This document shows, piece after piece, positions 56,700 to 64,000 of a DNA stretch of 64,000 nucleotides (the first letter of the stretch is position 1; each line of letters opens with the position of its first letter). Both the position numbers and the translations under genes were made by a program. Source of the DNA: Octopus vulgaris (taxonomy: Eukaryota). The DNA lies in the NCBI GenBank assembly GCA_951406725.2, contig OX597838.1:8680001-8744000 (forward strand), in the 5' to 3' direction. The notes under the pieces are model-generated. The model worked only from the letters and a program-made list of their open reading frames with translations, did no database searches and had not been told where the DNA came from.

Positions 56700-57103
56700 A
56701 GGTTCTTTTTCTACTCTAGGCACAAAGCCCTGAAGTTTGGGGGAGGGGACCAGTCGATTAAATCGACCCCAGTACGCAACTGCTACTTAATTTCTCGACC
56801 CCGAAAGGATGAAAGGCAAAGCTGACCTCGGCGGAATTTGAACTCAGAACGTTAGGACAGACGAAATACCTATTTCTTTACTACCCACAAGGAGCTAAAC
56901 ACAGAGGAGACAAACAAGGACAGACAAACGGATTAAGTCGAATATATCGACCCCAGGGCGTCACTGGTACTTAAATTATCGACTCCGAAAGGATGAACGG
57001 CAAAGTCGACCTCGGCGGAATTTGAACTCAGAACGTAACGGCAGACGAAATACTGCTAAGGATTTCGCCCGGCGTGCTAACGGTTCTGCCAGCTCGCCGC
57101 CTT
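56700..57103 (-). mobile_element. SINE family C dimer
   Basis: Two cores, one head (AAGGCGGCGAGCTGGCAGAACCG). Confidence 0.88.
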
Positions 57104-57290
57104 ACATTAGACAGGAATTTATTGCTACCATGATTCTACAGATTCCAGTCCACTCCCGATCGTACGATTCTGTTCATACTATAGCCCTCTGCTCCACAAC
57201 CTTTTTTCCCTTACGGTACACATACGTAATTCGGCGTAAAAATCTACAATGAAACACGTGTAAAGATGCTATTTGTAAATACATTTTGGT

Positions 57291-57458
57291 CAGTGCTCCG
57301 CAACCTTTTTTCACACGCGGTAGACTTATATTCTTTTCAAAATTCAGCAACACGCCTGAACTAGGAATATAACTAAAAGTATAGGGGAAAAAATTGGCGC
57401 ACCTAGCATCGTCTCGTGGCACACTAGTGTGCCACGGCATATCGGTTGCGAAGCACTG
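57291..57458. mobile_element. hAT-like MITE
   Basis: TIRs CAGTGCTCCGCAACC and GGTTGCGAAGCACTG; no clear 8-bp TSD. Confidence 0.6.
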
Positions 57459-57869
57459 CTATAGTCAGCATCAATGATGCTACCAAAAGAGTTTCTTAAT
57501 TCTCCTCAGCCCAATGGTATTCCTTCTCAAAGTCTGCAACTAAAATTAGGAATGCCCATGATGATGCTACGAGATATAGATGGGGCCAAAACTCTGCGAT
57601 GATTCAAGAATAATTGTCAAAACTCTTATTCTTCATGTGATCAAACCCGCCATTATGATTTGTTGTACAAGAGAGAAGATTCTTTCATCACCCTCGTTCT
57701 CTGCATCCCATCAGATATGCTATTTCGATCCCAGCGCCTTCAGTATTTTTCACAACTACTGTCTATAACCATCAACAAATCTATAACCATAACCATCAAC
57801 CAGTCTCAAAGATAGTCCCTCAGAGAGAATGGAGCTGAACTGGTAAGGTTATGCGAGTCTCTTGTCAGC

Positions 57870-58439
57870 TTTCTATGTTGTATCTCATCTTTTGGACTAA
57901 AAATATACTTTTACGCCAAACTCGAAGAAATTTTATCAATTCAAGAAGTTTTCTTGCATAAAAAACTATTTCTGCTAAAACTACTTCTGTTAGAGACTAA
58001 AACACATATGGAATATTTTCTGAAGTCACGAAATAAAAATTATCAATAAACACAATCTCAAAAGTTTAACACATCGCAGAAACCTGGAAAAGTTCAAACT
58101 TTAGACATATTTCTGTATCACATGAGAAAACTATTAAATTCAACAAAAAATCATTTTACTCAAATGATATTGGAATATTATACATATATACCATTATGCC
58201 TATAAAACGGATTTATGAACTCAATACCCATACATATCTCACATCTATTTTCTTTCTTCCACCTCACTCTCTATTTTGTATCACATCTAAACTAACTATG
58301 ACTTCATTTTTCCTCTCACACCGTCTCTGATGAAGGGATATTATTATTAATATCCTAGAAACAGCTGTAAGACCTTCTATCTATAAATGCTCTAATATCT
58401 ACACAGCCTTGGTCTTTTATCTTATTACGCAAAAAATTC

Positions 58440-58440
<1 letters not shown>
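57870..58440 (+). mobile_element. Decayed 3' end of a Penelope-like element (possible GIY-YIG remnant plus hammerhead)
   Basis: Broken frame containing RQTRRNFINSR (compare YIGQT.R.L..R); HHR at 58323; ends in (TA)n. Confidence 0.5.
58323..58373 (+). ncRNA. Type I hammerhead ribozyme, palindromic stem III
   Basis: GTCT-CTGATGA-A-GGGATATTA-TTAT-TAATATCCT-A-GAA-ACAGCTGT-A-AGAC. Confidence 0.82.
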
Positions 58441-58473
<33 letters not shown>

Positions 58474-58474
58474 G

Positions 58475-58594
<120 letters not shown>

Positions 58595-58620
58595 TATGTG
58601 TATATATATATATAGATATG

Positions 58621-58724
<104 letters not shown>

Positions 58725-59318
58725 CAACTGCTCAAACAACAAAGGAAAATACAACAAAAAGAGACGAAAAAAGAACTAAAATAACAAAAATAAGAAAGAA
58801 AAAAATCAGTGGGCCACAGTTTCTGTTGTTTTTTTTTTCTTTTTTCTTTTGTGAAAAAACCTGATTTAATAAAGAAACCCCTCTTCTGTCCATCTCAGTT
58901 GATGAGTGAACATAGAGGAGTGGAGGGCAACGTTGGAGAGGTAGCATTGAAGAGAAAAACGGGGGTGGTAGTGGTATGGAGGAGGGATCCTATTGCAACT
59001 ACACTTAATAAACCTATCTCTTTCTCATCAGCTCAAAAATCCTTTAATTCTCCCAGAATCTTCTTCCTCCAACTTCCAGTAATGATTGTTATTATTATCG
59101 TTATTATTATCATTATTATTATCATCATCATCATCATCGTCGTCGTCGTTGTTGTTGTTATTATTGTCATTATTGTTATTATTATTATTGTCGTTATAAT
59201 CATTTTAATATAATTATTGTTTTTATTATTGGTCATATTTTTATTATTATTGTTGTTGTTGTTGTGATCGTCACTGCCATTATTGGTGTTGTTACCGTTG
59301 GTGGTAATGGTGGTAGTA

Positions 59319-59351
<33 letters not shown>

Positions 59352-59408
59352 GCAGGAGCAGCAACAGCAGCAGTAGTAGTGGTTGTAGTAGTAGCAGTAG
59401 TTGTTGTG

Positions 59409-59451
<43 letters not shown>

Positions 59452-60346
59452 AAAAGAACTACTGAAAGGTGAAGAAACAAGCTCGTCCCTCCCTTTCTCC
59501 ACCGCCCCCACCCCCACATCAACAGCCACACACACACGCACACACATATACACACACACATACACGAGCGCATGCGCGTGCACATAGACATACAGACTAG
59601 AGTGATCGGTAATAAAGATAGAAAAGTAGATAGCAGGGGAGAAGGAGGAGGAGGGTGAAGAGGAGGAGGAGGAGGGTGAAGAGGAGGAGGAGGAGGAAAA
59701 ATGAAAATATGAAAGACTGTATGGTGTGGGGTGGGGGGAAGGCGAGGGGAGAGGATCTTTTTCTATTATTTATTTATTTTTTTTTTTTTTTTTTGCAATT
59801 GATGACAATTACAAATGATTATGGCTCTAATTAATTATAAGAATTATAAGAATGAGAACTAATTAACTATAATTACAAAGGCAATCATCATCATCATCAT
59901 CATTGCAGTCGTCGTCGTCGTCGTCGTCATTATCATGATCAAAATTATCATCACCATCATCATTAACATCATCATCATCACCATCATCATCATCATAATC
60001 ATCATCATCATCATAATCGCTGCCGCCATCATATCGTCCTTGTCATCGCTGTCATCATCATTGTCGCCATCATCATCATCACCATCACCATCATCACCAT
60101 CACCATCATCATCATCATCATCAGCTTCTCATTGTGCGTTATCGATCTACATCTGAAGCAGATGGATGATTGTAAGCAATTGAGCCAATTTAATCATCTT
60201 GCAAATCATAAAGGTGGGTGGGGGGAAGGGGGAGGGGAAAAAAGCTATGGAAGACCAGACGGTAATGATTGTCAAAAAAGAAATATTTAAACAAACAAAA
60301 ACAAAAATTAAATGCAATGAAAATATGTATGGTAGCATTGACAGGA

Positions 60347-60376
<30 letters not shown>

Positions 60377-60377
<1 letters not shown>

Positions 60378-60789
60378 GGCGCAGGAGTGGCTGTGTGGTA
60401 AGTAGCTTGCTAACCAACCACATGGTTCCGGGTTCAGTCCCTCTGCGTGGTATCTTGGGCAAGTGTCTTCTGCTATAGCCCCGGGCCGACCAATGCCTTG
60501 TGAGTGGATTTGGTAGACGGAAACTGAAAGAAGCCCGTCGTATATATGTATGTATATATATATATGCGTGTGTGTGTTTGTGTGTCTGTGTTTGTCCCCC
60601 TAGCATTGCTTGACAACCGATGCTGGTGTGTTTATGTCCCCGTTACTTAGCGGTTCGGCAAAAGAGACCGATAGGATAAGTACTGGGCTTACAAAAAGAA
60701 TAAGTCCCGGGGTCGAGTTGCTCGACTAAAGGCGGTGCTCCAGCATGGCCACAGTCAAATGACTGAAACAAGTAAAAGAGTGAAAGAGT
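60377..60789 (+). mobile_element. SINE family A, full length, within an (AAT)n tract
   Basis: Near-identical to 29379-29783. Confidence 0.92.
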
Positions 60790-60864
60790 ATATAATAATA
60801 ATAATATGGGCTTCGTATATTTTACCCCAGTGTCGCTTTGATGGCATGCACTGCTCTCTCACTC

Positions 60865-60907
<43 letters not shown>

Positions 60908-61544
60908 GTTTCAAATTTTGGCACAAGGTCAGTAAATTTGTGGGGAGGGGACTAGCCAATTATATCGACCCCAGTGCATGACTGGTACTTAATTTATCGA
61001 CCCCAAAAGAATGAAAGGCAAAGTCGACCTCGGCAGAATTTGAACTTGGAACTTAAAGACGGGCGAAATGCCGCGAAGCATTTCGTCCAGAATACTAAAG
61101 ATTCTGCCAGCTGGCTGCCCTAATCATCATCATCATCATCGTTTAACGCCCGTTTTCCATACTGGCATGGGTTGGACAGTTCTAGTGGTGTCTGGGAAGC
61201 CAGGAGGCTGCACCAAGCTCCAGTATGATCTAACGCCAACCACTCCGAGAGTGTAGTGGGTGCTTTTTACGTGCCACCGGCACAGGTGCCAGAGGAGACT
61301 GGCAGCGGCCACGATCGGTTGGTGCTTTTTACGTGCCACCGGCACGGAAGCCAGTCAAGGCGGCGCTGGCATCGGCCACTACCAGCACAGGGATCACAAC
61401 TACAATTTCGATTTGATTTTGATTTTGATGTACTTGACTTTATAGGTCTCCTCAAGCACAGCATGTCGCTGGAAATAATATTAATGATTTCTTTGCGGTG
61501 GTGCCCCAGCATGGCCGCGGCCTTCGGGCTAAAACATTTTAAAG

Positions 61545-61905
61545 GATTTAACCACAAAGGGTTTACATTAAAAAAAGAACATTATGGCCAGCACAGGACA
61601 TAGATAAAGTGGGGTTAGATGAAAGTCGTGCAAACCATGCATGAATGAAACAATAAAATTCCCCAAAAGAATGAGACCTCTTAGAACGCTCTTGGAAACC
61701 CCACAAATCCATGACAGTCCTGACCACCAGGGTAAGTACCCTCTCCACTTTGTCTACAGGTGCATGCTTAGAGTAGGCCCATTCACTCGGGTCATTCTTG
61801 CAACATTCACAGAACCCTTTAACAAAATTGTTGGGGGCCATAACTTCCATCTCCGCCCTCACTTTCTTTTTCAAGTGAAATTTGAAAAAGTGGATGAAGG
61901 GCATC
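61545..61905 (-). mobile_element. Diverged relative of the L1/Tx1-like LINE 3' end
   Basis: FFKFHLKKKVRAEMEVMAPNNFVK, frameshift, then VNVARMTRVNGPTLSMHL*; aligns with the 521-655 peptide. Confidence 0.75.
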
Positions 61906-61906
61906 A

Positions 61907-62095
61907 TGGCGTTAGGAAGGGCATCCTGGCGTTAGGAAGGGCATCCTGGCGTTAGGAAGGGCATCTTGGCGTTAGGAAGGGCATCCAGCTGTAGAAACTC
62001 TGCCAGATCAAGATTGGAGCCTGGTGCAGCCATCTGGTTCGCCAACCCTCAGTCATTCGTCCAACCCATGCTAGCATGGAAAGCAGATGTTAAAC

Positions 62096-62125
<30 letters not shown>
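61907..62125 (+). mobile_element. Retroposon 3' end with (GAT)n tail, preceded by four copies of a 20-bp unit
   Basis: (TGGCGTTAGGAAGGGCATCC)x4 ... CCAACCCATGCTAGCATGGAAA...TTAAACGATGATGAT; related inverted tail at about 61125-61200. Confidence 0.75.
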
Positions 62126-62128
<3 letters not shown>

Positions 62129-62868
62129 TGAGAGTTTGGTCAAAGAGAAAAGTATCTGTCTTCATCCCTTTCAATCTGATCCACCACACGTCTCTCGCTA
62201 AGGCCACCAGGCAAAATAATAACCATTTACATCTGTTTTTCCGTGTTATCATGGGTTAGACAGGCACCACAGCCTCTCACAGGGTTGTCATAGTTCTGCA
62301 TCATCTCCAACACACATCGTCAGGAAAAACCAAACCCCATTTATACACTAGAGATGTTGCCTCCATCACTGTACATCATTCTTTTCTTGGATATTTTTTT
62401 TCCATTTTTTTGGCAAAGAGGGTATCAGGAGTATTCCCTATTAGCTAAAAACCTTTCCACTTTATAACAGTGAGAGTATTTAATTGAACCTTTTGAACTT
62501 TTACTTACTCTCATCTTTGGCCAACCATTTTAAAGAATGGTCTGCATATGTGTTACTCTGCCACCAGCACCAGAGAAGGTGTCTCTGGCGGAAAAAAAAA
62601 AGAAGAAAAATAATATTAAGAACAAAGCCTTCTGTTATATAAATATTTATTTCAAATAAAAAGGCACTCACACACATATATATATATATACATAAACTGT
62701 TCTATAGCTATAGACAGACAGACAGATAGATAGAGAGGAATCTTGCAACATATAGATTTATATATATATATATATATAGTTAATCCAAACATGAAAACAC
62801 AAAGAGAAAACACAACGCGAGGACGTGGAACAAGTATAGTATTATTGGACGCTCAGGAAAGAAGGAGG

Positions 62869-62903
62869 GTTTAACGTTTCGAGCAGAGCTTTTCGTCAGA
62901 AAC
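62869..62903 (-). ncRNA. Minimal type I hammerhead, canonical core CUGACGA, family E (about 62779-62975)
   Basis: GTTT-CTGACGA-A-AAGC-TCT-GCTC-GAA-ACGT-T-AAAC; first stem II pair is an A-C mismatch. Confidence 0.65.
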
Positions 62904-63296
62904 GTAGGAAAAGGAAAAATCCAAAGAACGGAAGACGGAGGAAAAAAATCGCCATGCGGATACACATGCGGTCACATATCTATATGATGGACTCTCCTGT
63001 CGTTAGACGAAATATAAGGGTTTGACAATTTCTTACTGAACAGCCACACAGATGATTTGCTTATAGTGATCAAATGCCTGTGTAGACATCAGCTCACTCC
63101 CTCCATCAGATCGATATTACCTGTACAGGTGCAATGGGTGCCAAATGTCAGATGTCAAAATGTTCGCAGAACAACATGAAATAAAGTTGCTTTGCAACAC
63201 CTGGTCTGGAAATCAAACCCACGATCTCGCAATCATGAGTGCAACACCATAAACCACTAAGCCATGCACCTTCACATATACATATATATATATATA

Positions 63297-63506
63297 TTCT
63301 CTTTTTACTTGTTTCAGTCATTTGACTGCGGCCATGCTGGAGCACTGCCTTTAATCGAGCAACTCAACCCGACTTATTCTTTGTAAGCCCAGTACTTATT
63401 CTATCAGTCTCTTTTGCCGAACCGCTAAGTGACGGGGACATAAACACACCAGCATCAGTTGTCAAACAATGCTAGGGGGACAAACACAGACACACAAACA
63501 TACACG

Positions 63507-63541
<35 letters not shown>

Positions 63542-63712
63542 ATATATACGACGGGCTTCTCTCAGTTTCCGTCTACCAAATCCACTCACAAGGCTTTGGT
63601 CGGCCCGAGGCTATAGTAGAAGACACCCGCCCAAGATGCCACGCAGTGGGACTGAACCCGGAAGCATGTGGTTGGTAAACAAGCTACTTACCACACAGCC
63701 ACTCCTGCACCT
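63297..63712 (-). mobile_element. SINE family A, full length
   Basis: Reverse complement of consensus. Confidence 0.92.
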
Positions 63713-64000
63713 GTATATATATAGATTACATTAGTCGAAGCTCATGGCTTTGTAGTTGGACTTACAATTGCAAGATTGTGGCTTTGATTCCTGGCCTGAG
63801 TGTTTCATTGTGTCCTTGAGCAAGACACTTCATTTCATGTTGCTCCAGTCAAGTAAGTTGGCAAAAATGAACAATCCTGCAACAGACTAGCATCCCATCC
63901 AAGGATTCCACAAGACCCAAGAACCAGCCCTATGAGTCTATAGCTCAGGTAGGACCTTTTGGATCCTTTTGGTAGATCTCATTTAATTAGGGTTCAGGCA

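Overview
Eukaryotic, AT-rich, microsatellite-saturated DNA ((TA)n, (CA)n, (GATA)n, (AAT)n, (GGT)n). The tRNA-derived SINE families look like those of octopus genomes, which is my inference from recognition, not a search result. I found no intact host protein-coding gene; nearly all supplied ORFs are translations of simple repeats. The window holds at least four SINE families, L1/Tx1-like LINE fragments (two embedded in (GATA)n), Penelope-like element (PLE) remnants, Tc1/mariner- and hAT-like MITEs, and a non-autonomous Helitron nested in a MITE. The main hidden signal is RNA structure. About 13 type I minimal hammerhead ribozyme (HHR) motifs occur, in unrelated sequence contexts, mostly in short elements whose 3' ends run into a microsatellite. 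The best candidate for novelty is a complete hammerhead at 27431-27493 whose three strands are in a non-circularly permuted (pseudoknotted) order. A truncated motif with different sequence but the same strand order lies at 41354-41403. All folds were derived by eye and none has been tested.
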